A DNA stretch of 64,000 bases from Marsupella aquatica (taxonomy: Eukaryota; Plantae; Marchantiophyta). The notes under the pieces were generated by a model that was not told where the DNA came from, did no database searches, and was given only the letters and a program-made list of their open reading frames with translations. Each line of letters opens with the position of its first letter. The first letter of the stretch is position 1. Position numbers and translations under genes: made by a program. Below, in pieces: positions 49,970 to 62,470 of this stretch. Location: positions 964,143 to 1,028,142 of the forward strand of contig OZ316891.1 in NCBI GenBank assembly GCA_973895155.1, read 5' to 3'.

Positions 49970-52369
49970 TCTGCAGGGGCCTGCTATAGTCATAATCTGC
50001 TCTCCTGAAAAGTCTAGCCGGTAACCTCTTTCCGGGCAGGAGTTACATACGCTAGTGCAGGTCTGGGCTGGGGTTATAGAATTTAACCTGCTCCCGGAAT
50101 ATTCAAAGGCGCTTTCGGGCTACCTGTGGTCAACTTCTTTTCATAGTTTTCATAGTCCGGAGGCAAGGTTACAGCCTAGTCACCCTGCCCACACCTACAT
50201 TACCCTATACATAGCGCTTGTGGGTTACAGAGTAAAATATTCCGTGAGCGAAGAGGATTCGTGGGAAGCCAGTGACTCCGTGACACCATGGTCTCCTTCT
50301 TTCTGGGCTTCTTATCACTACAGGCCTGCAAGTCCACCTGTTGTCGACTCGACCGGCAGCGAGGGTTGTTGCAAAATCCACTTGCTCACTCGACCGGCAG
50401 TGAAGATTGCTGCACTGGACAGAGTTTGAATCAAGGTCTGGATCAGTCTCCTTTGCTGGATGTGTGGATCGAACCATTCGACGAGGGTTTCACACAATTG
50501 CCTGAAATTTGACATTTCGGCTGGCTTGCAGATCAGTCTGGGAGCTTACAAAATGAGGTACGTTACATGTCCATAACCATTTGACCACGCTCAACAGAGT
50601 GGACGATGATACTGATTGAGGATGTTACATATCCCTTGTTGTGCTTTTGGCAAAGCTCTCCTTCTTCGAAGTATGTTGACCGGTTTTTGGCTTCATTGCT
50701 TCGTTCGAGATATCCATGGTACTGAAGAAGGGATAAGATGTTCATGAGTGATTTTTGTTCGGAATGCTGCCACTAGCTTTGATTCACTGAGGTACATTCC
50801 TGTTTTCATGGCTTTTGCTTGAATTTATGACACTGGCCATTACTCATCGACTGCCTTCAACGCAACTGACATTTCATAGATTGATGGCACTGGAATCCAC
50901 GCAGGATCGCCGACTGATCGAGGAAGTGCCCTTGAAGTTCCCTTTCAACTTGATAGCTTGGTTCTACTAACTGTGCAACGGAAGGGTACTTCCATGCCGC
51001 AGTCACTTCGGGATCGACTACTGAGGAAGCTCGAAGTGTCAGTTAACAAGCTCGGGCTAGCTGCAAGAGAAGAGCCATCGGAAATGCCAGTGGGAAGTTG
51101 GCAGCTGCCAAATCGTCGGGCACTACTGCCGTCGGAACCACTGCCGTCGGAACCACTGCTTGAGCATAAGATTCCAAGGTTTTCATAAACTCCACGCAAG
51201 TATTCTCTTGACACCCAATTCATTTTGACATTGCTTCTCGTGATATTTCACTGGATAGTTTTAACATTTTGCTTTTGCTATGCAAACGTACTTCAAATCT
51301 CTTCGCATCAGTCAATGATGTGTCCCGAACTAGTGCTCACAGAAGTGAGGCCTACTCGTCAATTCGATGAGGCAGTATCGAATCGTCCTATTCGTAAGTT
51401 TGTCACATTCGCTTGAAGAGAAGCAGATCCGGTCAAAGTGAACGCAGTGAACTGATGTACCTTACTATCAGCTCCAACCTTTTGTCCCTTAAATCTGTTT
51501 CATCTACGGCCTCTAGTTGGACCATGATCTCCGCTTCGCCTGTTTGTAGAGCTTCTCGTTTGTCCTTAGAAAACATATTTTTGCCACAAGAGTTCAACGT
51601 TTCAACGTTAATACTAGGTTCCTCTTATGGGTCTAACAGTCTTTACAAACCCACCGTACTTTAGTTCAGGGGATGGATCTGTCGTGTTTTCGAAGTTGTC
51701 ATCGGCACTTCTAGGAATTCAAGACAATAAAAGATCGTATGTACTTCTCTGTTTTTTGGCGAGCGTCGTGAAAGCCTTATTCCAAATAACCTAATCTACC
51801 GCCCTATATATTGCTTTCCTTCTCAGGATCTTGGGTGGCTCTGTGATGAGAACCAGCAGACATCAGCCGCTTCTCTTACCCTGCCGGTTGGTTTCTTCTT
51901 CCAAAGTTACTATCGTTTACAGAGTATAAACTTTAACTAAATTTGTATTATAATTTAGGTTTAAACCTGCCTCGATAATTATTGACTAAAGAGTAAGCCA
52001 ATTAATTTTTGACTTGTTATTCTCTCTTTCTTTCTCTGTGATTGTTAAATTTGACACTGTAAATGGTAGATTTCAGACAGATTCTTCAACACTTCTTAAG
52101 TTTAGGGCGTTGTTTCGGACACCCGTCACCAGTTTTTTTGTTTTCATGCCTTTGACAGATGAGCTACAGTAGCTAGAAGCTTGTGAACGGTGTTTGGATG
52201 GAGTCCATCTTCGAAAATCAGCAACAGGTATGCAAGGGGTAGATCGTTGATTCCCTTGGCCAGTTCGGAATTATGTGTCGTTTCCTCAGTTGCTCTGCAG
52301 GAGTACTCTCCAAGGAGGCAGAGTAGATAGAAGACACGAGGAAAGTTCCGTTCCAGGACTGTGGCGGAA

Positions 52370-53401
52370 ATGGAAACCAATCCGTTTGCCATGGGGAAGG
52401 CGAGAATAGAACTTCTGCAGATCAAATCCGATGTGAATGAAATAATCGATAAGAGAATTCATTCTATCGAGACTGCTAACCGTGAAGAGAGGATGGCACT
52501 AAAAGCTCAGGTTGCAGAGGAAAAGGAACTACGAAGGTCTTCTGAAACTGCATTGCGAAATCAGATAACCTTACTGGAAAAGGAGCGAAACGTTGTTTTA
52601 GTTGATGTACAGATCAAGACGAGGGAATTAGATTCTATGAGAATTATGCAGAAGAAAGCTGAAGATGAGCAAAGGAAAAGAGATCAAGATTTCGCAGAGA
52701 TGAGGAACTTATGGCAAGCGGATAAGCAGAAGCTAATTGCAGAACAAGGTGCATTGAAGGCGGAGATGGATGCTAATCTGTTGTCATTGACTAGCAAAAT
52801 TAGCGGGCTGCAAACTGAACTCGAGGCATCAAGGGCCACAACGGAAAAATACTTAACTTGGTGGTATGAGTCTAGAACGGAAGAAATCAAACTACGGCAG
52901 CTAAAGCCGGAACTACGAGCACAGAAGGCCAAAATCAGACAAGCGGAAGTCAAACTACGAGCAGAGAAGAAGCGTCGGGAAGTTTCTCAAGTCGAACTAC
53001 GAAGGGAGATCAACATAAAGCTAGAAGATCTAAACAAGCGTGTACTAACTGCCGTCTCATCGATAGTCAAAATACGAGATAAGAGAAACGAACTGCAAGA
53101 AGCAAACGAAGATCTAGGAGCTGCCCAAGATAAACTACTGAAGGAGAACAAAAGACTCCGAGACGAGAAGAAGAACCTGGCAGCTGCTCATGAGACTGCG
53201 ATCCAAAACATTGTACAAGAAGAAAGAGAGAAAAGCATGTGCCAGATCTGTCTGGACTCTCCAAGAGATACCATCTGTCTGCCTTGTGCACATTTCAATT
53301 ATTGTTTCACCTGCCTCTCAAAACATAGACGGCGAAGTAGAACTTGTCCTACTTGCCGAATTGTGCTCAGTGGCATACTTAAATCCGACATTACTTCATA
53401 G
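52370..53401 (+). CDS. Coiled-coil + C-terminal C3HC4 RING E3 ligase-like protein, intact and intronless (~343 aa)
   Basis: A long E/K/R/L-rich heptad region is followed by CQICLDSPRDTICLPCAHFNYCFTCLSKHRRRSRTCPTCR. Confidence 0.9.
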   Translation: METNPFAMGKARIELLQIKSDVNEIIDKRIHSIETANREERMALKAQVAEEKELRRSSETALRNQITLLEKERNVVLVDVQIKTRELDSMRIMQKKAEDEQRKRDQDFAEMRNLWQADKQKLIAEQGALKAEMDANLLSLTSKISGLQTELEASRATTEKYLTWWYESRTEEIKLRQLKPELRAQKAKIRQAEVKLRAEKKRREVSQVELRREINIKLEDLNKRVLTAVSSIVKIRDKRNELQEANEDLGAAQDKLLKENKRLRDEKKNLAAAHETAIQNIVQEEREKSMCQICLDSPRDTICLPCAHFNYCFTCLSKHRRRSRTCPTCRIVLSGILKSDITS

Positions 53402-53519
53402 TCGGGGCCTTGCAATCTTTTTCGATCTGATGACCCATCGGGACAAGGGGATTGTCATCATGGATATGGTTTTAGAGCTAGATGGGAAGCTTAAAAGTAG
53501 TGCTCTCAGTTCGAGTGAA

Positions 53520-53668
53520 TGCCAATATCTACATCAATACCACTTGAGCCTCTTCGCAATACTTTCTCTTTGCTGTAAAGTAATTACACTCTTTGCCAAT
53601 ATCTACATCAATACCACTTGAGCCTCTTCGCAATACTTTCTCTTTGCTGTAAAGTAATTACACTCTTT
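53520..53668 (+). repeat. 74-bp tandem duplication in the RING 3' region
   Basis: TGCCAATATCTACATCAATACCACTTGAGCC...GTAATTACACTCTTT occurs twice. It is single in the paralogous copy near 60510. Confidence 0.92.
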
Positions 53669-55915
53669 CTGCATTCTCAGACATCATCTCAGATACGCTC
53701 AGTTTATGATTCGAATTCCTGTTTCTCAATATATAACGATCTTGGCTGTGCTTAGACGCATAGTACATCAGTGGGTGCAGCGAGTCATTTTTGCCACCCG
53801 ATCTAGGTCTAAAACATTCCTAAATCTAAATGCCGTGCATTATGACAAGAATAAAGACGTAATTGGGATCCGAAGAGCCTTATAGTGCAAGCACTCCAGC
53901 CAAGCGTGTTCTCGAAGATTTCTCTTCCGAGCAGAACAGGGCTCGACAACTTCCTAGCTAGAAGCTAGAAGTATTCTTTTACTACCTTAGTTCAGGGTTT
54001 CTCCCACCAGCACGTTACTTGGTGGACCACAAGCTACCCTGCTTTGCCATGAAAACATAACATGCCTTAGTAGACTCTCACTAATATGATTGCGAGCCTC
54101 AGGCATGTAGCTCTCTAAGAGCCGGCAGGGTAAATCTTTGCAAAACAAGACTTTTACGTTCATTCATTGAACATGGTGGATTGCATTTGGCCACACTTAA
54201 GGAGATAAAATCAAAGAAATTGTTGGGCATACTGGCAGAACCATAATGACAAATTCCGGAGGACGAGTTGATCCATCTTGAGACGACTCGTGAATTGGAA
54301 GTGGGAACTTGGGTCGGATTACCAGTTGGATACTGGTGAAAAACCAACAGGTGTTAATTTAGCACGATTAGAATTGAGCAAAGTGGAATTCCTTTGTGGT
54401 ACTTACAGTCCGTTCTAATATATAACTCAGGAAATTCTCGTCAACTTTGTGGAAGAAATCTCTCCTCCTTCTGGTCCAGTCAGTTGTAATGATGTAACAG
54501 TGCATTAATTTTTTTTTGAGATTTTGGTGGAGGTTTATTCAGTTAGAAAAGAAGCATAATTAGCAACTCCCTGCACTTTGGACTCATCTTTGATAATGCT
54601 CAGGTCAGATACGTGGGGTTTCTGTCCTTTGTTACGACTATAGAGTTTTAACTGCCGTAGCCAGTTCAGGGTTCTTCTGGGAAATATAGCATGTTCATCT
54701 TCGAACATGTTTTTTTTTTGGTGTTATAGTGATACCTAATTCATTTGATTTCTTTTCCAATAAAAGAAATAGGTACATGCAAAATGTATACCAAAAAATT
54801 AATATCTGTTAATTAAGAAAAAATACACATGCAAAGGAAAAACACATTATGACCAAGTACAAAGAATACTAAAGAGTTCTGTATATATAATACAGATTTT
54901 CATTTGCTTCTAGGTAATGATAACCAATTCAATTAAAATCATAAATTTTATAAAAAATAAAAAAAACCAGGAAGAGAACTTAGTACACCAAATGTAGGTA
55001 ATGACAATTAATTCAATTAAAATTATAAATTTTATAAAACAATCAGGAACGGAATGTACATTGTTTTAATTCATTTTTTTCACTCATTAGTGAAAAAGAT
55101 AATTTAGTAAGGAGTGATTGAAAAAATTTATGAGGAGAACCAAATACTTTAAAATATTTTAAGTTCTCTAAAATTAAAAAAGGTACTAAAACTAAAAGAG
55201 GTCCAAAAATTGGTTAAAAATAAAATTAATACAAATGGTTCACTTATTTTAAGTATATTAAAATAAAAATACTGAACACAATATTTAAACAAAACAAAAT
55301 CTGAAAGATTCACCATAAAGCACCTTCAAAAGTTAACTACCGTAGCTAGTTCAGGGTCATCCAGGGAAACTATGGCCACGAGACCGGGGCCCTGTTCAAG
55401 AAAAGTCTGAAGCTTGCCCAAAGGAATGCAAGTACGGCTTAATTTACTATAGACTGGGAACTTCAATACAGAGTGGAGCTATTTTCAGGTATTTGAGATT
55501 GTGAAATAAAGAAATATCAAATGTAAAGAACCCACAAACTTCACAGGCACGCAAATTAAGGGCACGAACATTCACTTTTGAAATAGCACATGCAAAGAGT
55601 CCAATACTGCACAGGCACACAAATTTAGGGCACGAACAAAATTTCACTTTTGATCTCAAAATTCGCGCGCAGTAGTGATGCCAACATTTGCAGATTGTGT
55701 ATAGCGCTTCTACTAAGAAGACGTCACGCAACACTGAGCCTGAGGAGAATCAAAACCTCATGTCCTGGCCGTGCTAAGTATATAGGAAATCTACATTGCT
55801 AAACGACATCCACAGTTTTAATCAGTATCTAGACGCAGTCCACCAAGCTGTATGTTAAACCGTGAGAAAAACGATGAGGCTTCATTAATTGACCCGTGAT
55901 AAGACGATTTCACCC

Positions 55916-58710
55916 CTAGAGTAACTTCTGAAGGACAGCTTTGCATTGTTTTAGTGTGTCGACCCGTTTTTGCAATGTCAATCTTTTATGAAGGGTGGCA
56001 GGATTCTCCTCCATGAAGGTGGACAAGTCCTGCCCCACCTTCGCTTTCAACATGGCCTCGCGAAGGCTCTTCAGAAGAGCATTTTCCAAAGAATATCGCA
56101 ACTCCAACGGAATTTCGTCAGCCATTCTTTTGTGCACTACTTTGCAGTAGGCTGCCAAATTCACTTTCATGTCAAAGGCTGATCGGTAATCGTTTGACCT
56201 ATTCTGAGTCTCGCGCAAACTGAAGAGTTCCTTGAACCCTTCGAGCTGGACGTCGCGAACTGAACTGCTTCCAGATTGGTACTGGATCAAGTGCTCTCTA
56301 ATCTTCTGAACGTTCGCCATGTAACAATCATTGATTGTGAAAACATTGGATCTCTCTTTCTCGAGGACACAGCGAACATACTTCATGCACTTCCTAAGAC
56401 AGACGGCAAGGACGTTATCGGCTTCCTGCACACGTGGAATCAATAAACCATCAGGTGAAGAGTAAACCGGACGGAGTAATTACATGTCAGTCGACGAAAC
56501 CAAGCAAAGGAATTATAATGTGATTGAAAAGCCTCACTTGTTTGTATGCTATGTGCAAATTCGGAAACACGTGTGTCGATTTCTCAATGATAGTGAAAAC
56601 AAAATTCCGAGCGAATTCATGTGACTCGGCCACGAGATCGGTGCACGCCTCTGAGACCTTATCTATTTCCTGGCTCACAAGGGTTTTCATCAGTACGGGA
56701 GACAGAAAGTTGGGCAATGTCAACCCTCGCATCTCGTTCAGACGCAGCAAAATTTCCTCTGTTCTAGCCGGAGGAAGAATTTGCCCCACAACGTTACTCA
56801 GCTTCTTGTTGAATGCCTGAAACATCTCGTCTAGTCGGGCAGGGTAGTGCATTTTTTTCTTATCCGAAACTTTATCGTAGTTCCCTTTCAACAGTAAGTC
56901 TTCCATCGTCGTTTTGATCTCGTCGACTATGTTCAAGAACAGGACTGTCGAATCCACATTGCCTGAAATACCCTGCGGGAGTGCATCCAGCTCCTTCCTC
57001 CGCTCTAACAAGGCCTTTTCAACCTGCTGCTGTATACCTGCGCACAAGAATTCGCTCACGGAATGATTATCGAGCTAGCCACCAGAAATATTCTGCACAT
57101 GTGGCGGCCCAACTTTTAGCAGCGACCTTTGAGGATAACTTCCGCATCTAGACTTGAGTAGCAACAAACTGAAGAGGATACAGGTGTATGCATTACCTGG
57201 CAAACTCGTACGAATTATATTTGCTTGAATCTGAGTCAAGCGTTCTGCCAAAGATGGGATCCCCACTGAGTTTTTGTCAAGTCGGGAAAGCGAAGAGTGT
57301 CCCCGGAACAGCTTTCTCTCCTCTTCACGTGCTTCCTCATGTGAACCATCACCTGTTCGGTTCCTGCAGCGAAATTTCAGACGCCGAAACTAGTTCAGAT
57401 GTCAATCACAAGACGGAGACTTCGTACATGTGCCCGAAGAGACCAGAGTCGTGCAGGTTCGTGAAAGTATCGAAGCGTGGGACATATATACATACAACCC
57501 ATGTAGGACAGTACGTTAGCTTCAATATAATCCGACAAATAACTCTAAGAAGCCGGTATCAGAGAATTTTACCTCACACAAATATAACCCAAGCCTATGT
57601 TAACATCATCGGCCGTCACCTTGTCGTAAACGTCATCAGAAGCTCTGTCCACTTTGGTTACCACTGCCAAAGTTCTCTCCCCGTTCTTATCTTCCTCTTG
57701 CGACATCCGGATGGATTCGCATGTAGAGAAGTCAACAGTTGCCGATAGGACATTGAGTATCACAGTTTCTTTGGGTTTCAAATAGTGCTGAATCATTGCT
57801 TTGATCTGTTCATATATATCGGCTGGCTGGCCGTGGACGGGTACTCGGGTGATACCTGCAGATTGTAACATCCCACATCGTGCGATTTAATTTTGGATTA
57901 GTTGCTTTAGTTGTGAAAGGAGTTTCCCCTCGTAATTTGCACAATCTGCACGAACTCTCGAAAACGCTATCGTAGAAGGCCGCATATATACTTAAGACGG
58001 CAATTTGAGCATCCGGTTGAAGTCGATTCAAACTTACACGAGAAATTACGCTTGTGAAAAGATTATTGCCGATTGAGATATCCGTAGCTGTCGATGTCAC
58101 TAGATTTCTTATCGTTTTGAAGTGGAGGAGATATTTAGCAGATCTATAGCTAGCGAGGTATATACATCGACTCCTACTATCAATACGAGAGTTGAACAGA
58201 CACGAGATTTGGAGCAACCATCTGAGTAAGTAAACTGACGCGAGACTTTGAGAAGCAATCTGAGTAAGTAGATTGACCTGGCAGATCAATCATTGTAAGA
58301 TCGGGCGCGTTAGGCCTTCGGATGTGCAACGAAATTACTGCGTCCGTTACGACACCTTTCCCAGTGCCTGCCAGGACATCTGTCGCGGCATTTACCTGCG
58401 ACGCTATCTCCTCCTCTGTGATTGTCAGTTGCTTATCCTTGTATGAGATTGTTATCGCACTTTCTTCGGAGCCACGGCAGCTCTGCAGCCGTAATATCAG
58501 AGGGACTCTTGTGGCGATGCCCTGTCCACGCGGTAAACTGATCGTCGCCAGCGACTCTAAGACAGACGACTTTCCACTCGATTGGTCCCCAACAACTACT
58601 ATGCTGGGCAGAGGAATACCCTCGTCAGTGACCTTCAGAGTACGGAGCATATCCACAGCATCCAGGAGAGGACGAATGTTCTTGTTGAATTTCTCTTCCA
58701 GACCCGTCAT
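55916..58710 (-). CDS. DRP4: Mx-like dynamin-related GTPase (DRP4 type), complete, ~630 aa; exons 58710-58278, 57855-57573, 57363-57197, 57037-56538, 56425-55916
   Basis: G1 VVVGDQSSGKSSVLE, G2 LPRGQGIATRVPL, G3 DLPGITRVPVHGQP and G4 TKVD, plus middle domain and GED. All introns are GT-AG and the spliced length of 1893 nt is an open frame. Confidence 0.96.
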
Positions 58711-60149
58711 GTTGCTGGCTGGACCCGACGATGGAGAAATTAAGTAAGTAAGCTGTAGCCTGACGATGAGGGTTTTACCACTCGAAATAAGGCAAACTGA
58801 GAATGCTTCAAAGGAAAATGGAAGGATAAGATCCTCGCATTCAGATCAACTGTGCCGCATTAACAATTGACAACGCAAGGAACGCTCAAGTGCTTTGTTC
58901 AGATAGATGTCGTCTGTCTGGCTATCATCGCAATGTTCGCAACTAGCGTCAGGATGACCTGAGCAATTGATGGCAGGTTGCTTTCTAATACTGCACAGCG
59001 TAGTGGGAACAACGGTAAGAAGGAACTCTTCTGCAGGCATGCAAATAGATCATGCAAAGTGAGAATAGGCATCTGACTGTCAGCTATTTATCTTAGCCCT
59101 CATAACAGCCAGCCAAAGCATGTAGGGAGGCTGTGTTACACGCTCAAGTGGGCGAGACAGAGTGATAAGTTGAGTGTTGCTACGATGATGATAAGGTAGG
59201 AAGACGATAATTGCGAGCGTGAAATTGTACCACTAAGAGTGAATCATACCATTAAAGGAGAAATTGATCTTTCGTTAATTACGTCGACATCAGGGCTCGC
59301 ATCAGGGTTGGCCACTGGCCAAGGAATGGATCCGCTATCAATTCATACTGTTGGTATCCAAGAGCTGTTAAGAATGATGGCGGCTCTGTACTCGCAGATA
59401 TCTGGCTTGGACGGGTAGCTACACGCTGGGAGAATGAGCTGTATTGCAGCTGGTTGGCGTGCCGGTTGTCGATCTCCTTCCATTTTCCTCCTTCCATTTT
59501 CTGTGTAGTATATCATTCTTTGGTTAGCAGATATTTCTACGGAGGATTCTTGATGTTCTACTCGCGAGTCGAGGGCGTCCTAAGCGCTGAAGGGTGGATC
59601 TTTATCGATCTAAAATTTTATTTCCAGAAGTGAAATCAATCCTGTACGTACAGTACACCGGGTTTCTCGTTCTTCTGAGCCCGATTGTGTAAAACGTCTT
59701 CAAGATTCAAATTCCCATATGCGCTTCCTACATTGAAAGTAGGAACTACTGGCCCTGCCATGCAGCGTGAAGACGTATTTCCATAGTAAAGGCGAACGAC
59801 ACGTACTGTGCAATATCATGCACCAGTACATGTCTACTGCTGCCTAGCTACTGGATTCTTCAATCAGCTTTTATTGGGAGATCTAGCCAGAATCAAACGT
59901 GCAGTTTTAGTGCATTTTGCGATGAAGTTTTCGCCCAGCGGCCAAAGTACTCTTGCATGCAGAAATTATGTCGATTAAGTGATTGAGTGCAGCATCCCCT
60001 TGGTCTCTGAGTCCACCGTCCTTATGTGCCGCAGGAGCTTCTCTCCTTTATTGATCTATTGAATGTAACTACGGAAGATATTTCTTGGATCTTCAAAGAG
60101 CTTAATTTCATCCGTGAATTAGGACTTACTTATATTATTTTGAAGAGTC

Positions 60150-60750
60150 TCGCAGCTGCTCATGAGACTGCGATCCAAAACACTCATGTGCCAGATCTGT
60201 CTGGATTCTTCAAGAGATATCATATGTTTGCCTTGTGCATATTTCAATTATTGTTTCACCTGCCTATCAAAACATAGACGGCGAAGAAGAACTTGCATTG
60301 CCCTACTTGCCGAATTGTGCTCACTCATAGACTTAAATCCGACATTTCTTCATAGTCGAGGCCTTGCAATCATTTTGATTTGGTGTCCCGTTGAGACAAT
60401 AGGATTGTTGTCATCGATATGGTTTTGAACCTCATTTGCTCCCATTTGAAGTTTGGGGATGGGAAGCTTCGTAAAAGTGCTCTCAGCTCGTGCAAATACC
60501 ATTCGGTCAATACCACTTGAGCCTGTTACCTAAGTTCGCTGCTGTATTTTAATTAGTTTCTTTCGCATTGTCACTCAGACATCTTATCAGATACACTCAT
60601 TCTATGTCTCGAATCCTATATTTCAAATATAACGACCTTGGCTTTGGTTAGAGGCACTTTTTATCTTGTGTTTAGTGAAGTATCGTTGCCACCCGATCTA
60701 CAGTAGGTATATACAGTAAAACACAATCCTTATAAGAGTCTAAATGCCTT
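60150..60750 (+). pseudogene. 5'-truncated, frameshifted copy of the RING gene 3' end and its downstream region (paralog of 53180-53840)
   Basis: GCAGCTGCTCATGAGACTGCGATCCAAAACA...MCQICLDSSRDIICLPCAYFNYCFTCLSKHRRRRRTC, with a deletion and an insertion shifting the frame. The zinc-ligand His is replaced by Tyr. Confidence 0.88.
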
Positions 60751-61207
60751 GCTTAAACCACAATTCGTAATATAAGTACTCCGGGGCACCCGGAGTACTC
60801 ACTGAAGAAACTCGACGTTCACGAGTGCGGACGAGTGCCCATCGGTAGTCCTCCGATCAGCCTTCACCATAATCTCATCCGCCCATGAAACTCAGCGATC
60901 TAGGCTCATTTTGAAGATCTCGCTGAGATCTACGTCCCAGAAAACTCCGCATTAGAAAATGATGAAAAATGAATGAGAAAATAGTGAATAACAAACGGGG
61001 GCTTCTGATTGGGTGGGGAAGTAAATTTGAAATTCAAATTTACGGGCAGGCCGGGCAGGGGACACCTGGCCTTATAAAGTGTCGGGTGCCAGGGAAGAAG
61101 GCAAGGTGCGGTGACAACACGGGCGCTGCCGAGAGAACAGGGAATGGTCAGGGCTGAGGCGCAGCCTGTTAGTTCATTTACAGTTGAGGTATCTTCTCAT
61201 TCCAAGA

Positions 61208-61280
61208 TTTTCCTTAGCTTGATGGTTCATACCCCTGCCTCCCACCCAGGAGGTCCTGAGTTTGAATCTCCACAGTGCAC
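61208..61280 (+). other. tRNA-derived sequence (pseudo-tRNA or SINE head; CCC in the anticodon-loop position)
   Basis: TAGCTTGATGGTTC (A box), CCTGCCTCCCACCCAGG (anticodon arm) and GAGTTTGAATCTC (B box/T arm). The acceptor stem does not pair well. Confidence 0.5.
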
Positions 61281-62470
61281 GTGGCTGTATCTTTTGGGGA
61301 AGTCTACTGTGTGGGGTCAAAAATGTGGCGGCCAGAGCATGGGATTAGGGTTTCTATTCCAGCCAAGGTGATTGGATGTGTGGGGGGGAGGGGGAAGCGC
61401 AGAGCATGAGGGAGCAGAGCAGGAGGGAGCAGGAGGTCTTAGTAGGGAGGGTGGAAAGTGTTGGGGTGTCATATTTCACATGTTCACTCCAAGAGGTCTA
61501 GTGCTCCTTCCTTTTCGTCCCTCTCCATTTTTTGACTTTGCATTGTTTTGTAGAATTTTGTATTTGTTTGCTGGGTTGGGCTTGGCATCCGGTCTCCAGT
61601 TTTCATATGTGAAACACAATCCTTATAAGAGTATAAAGTGGATGAACTTCAGACGAGCTAAGAGCCGAGCTACGAGCCTTAAAGTGAACAGGCGTGTTCC
61701 CACGGGAGGATTTCTAATTATGAACAAGAACCTTGAGCATGCAATTGATACTCCTCGTCAGTAGCATCTTTATTGCAATGGGAGGCTCATCAACAAACTT
61801 CCAACACACTAACTTCCAAACACTACCGCGGGTTAAAGTTGCCCCACTTTCCTGGGCCCCATACACTCTCAGTCCCTGTGCCCAATGTTCCTGCCCCATT
61901 CCTACCCAATTTGTCAAAACATAAACCAATACTTTACCATTTTGTCACCCGTTTCAGCCCAATCACTTTTGTGTCATTGAATTGACTTCCGGCCTGCTCC
62001 AGTCTCACCTACTTGGTGCCATTAACTTATTCCTTCTAGAATTGTGGTTTATGTTCTGGCTAGTGACATTTCTTTCCAATAGACTCATGTTTATTTTATA
62101 ATAAAGTCTAAGTGTTGGAGAGCCTAGTAATCTGGGTAAGAGTCAAGATTGATAGAGTCTTGGTTAATGTTTTGCCAAATGTTTCCTCTCTATGGAAGGG
62201 TGGTTTGTGTTCTTGGTTTATGTTCTACCACCCTTGGGTCAGAGTGGGCAGCAGCATTGGGGACTTGGGCCACAGCAAGCAACAACAAGTGCAGGGGTGC
62301 CAGAACATAAACCTGAATTCGTGACACAAATTTGATCGGGCTTGAGTGGATGACAAATTTTTTAGAGTGTTGGTTTATGTTTTGGCAAACTCGGGCCAGA
62401 GCGGGATTGTGATGAGCAATGTACGGGTTAGCTTTAATCATGTCAATTGTCACGGGTGTAAGTAGTTGAA

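Noticed and set aside
50500-51700. Possible decayed gene on the minus strand
   Set aside because: The composition is coding-like, but no recognisable motif or consistent frame could be assembled.
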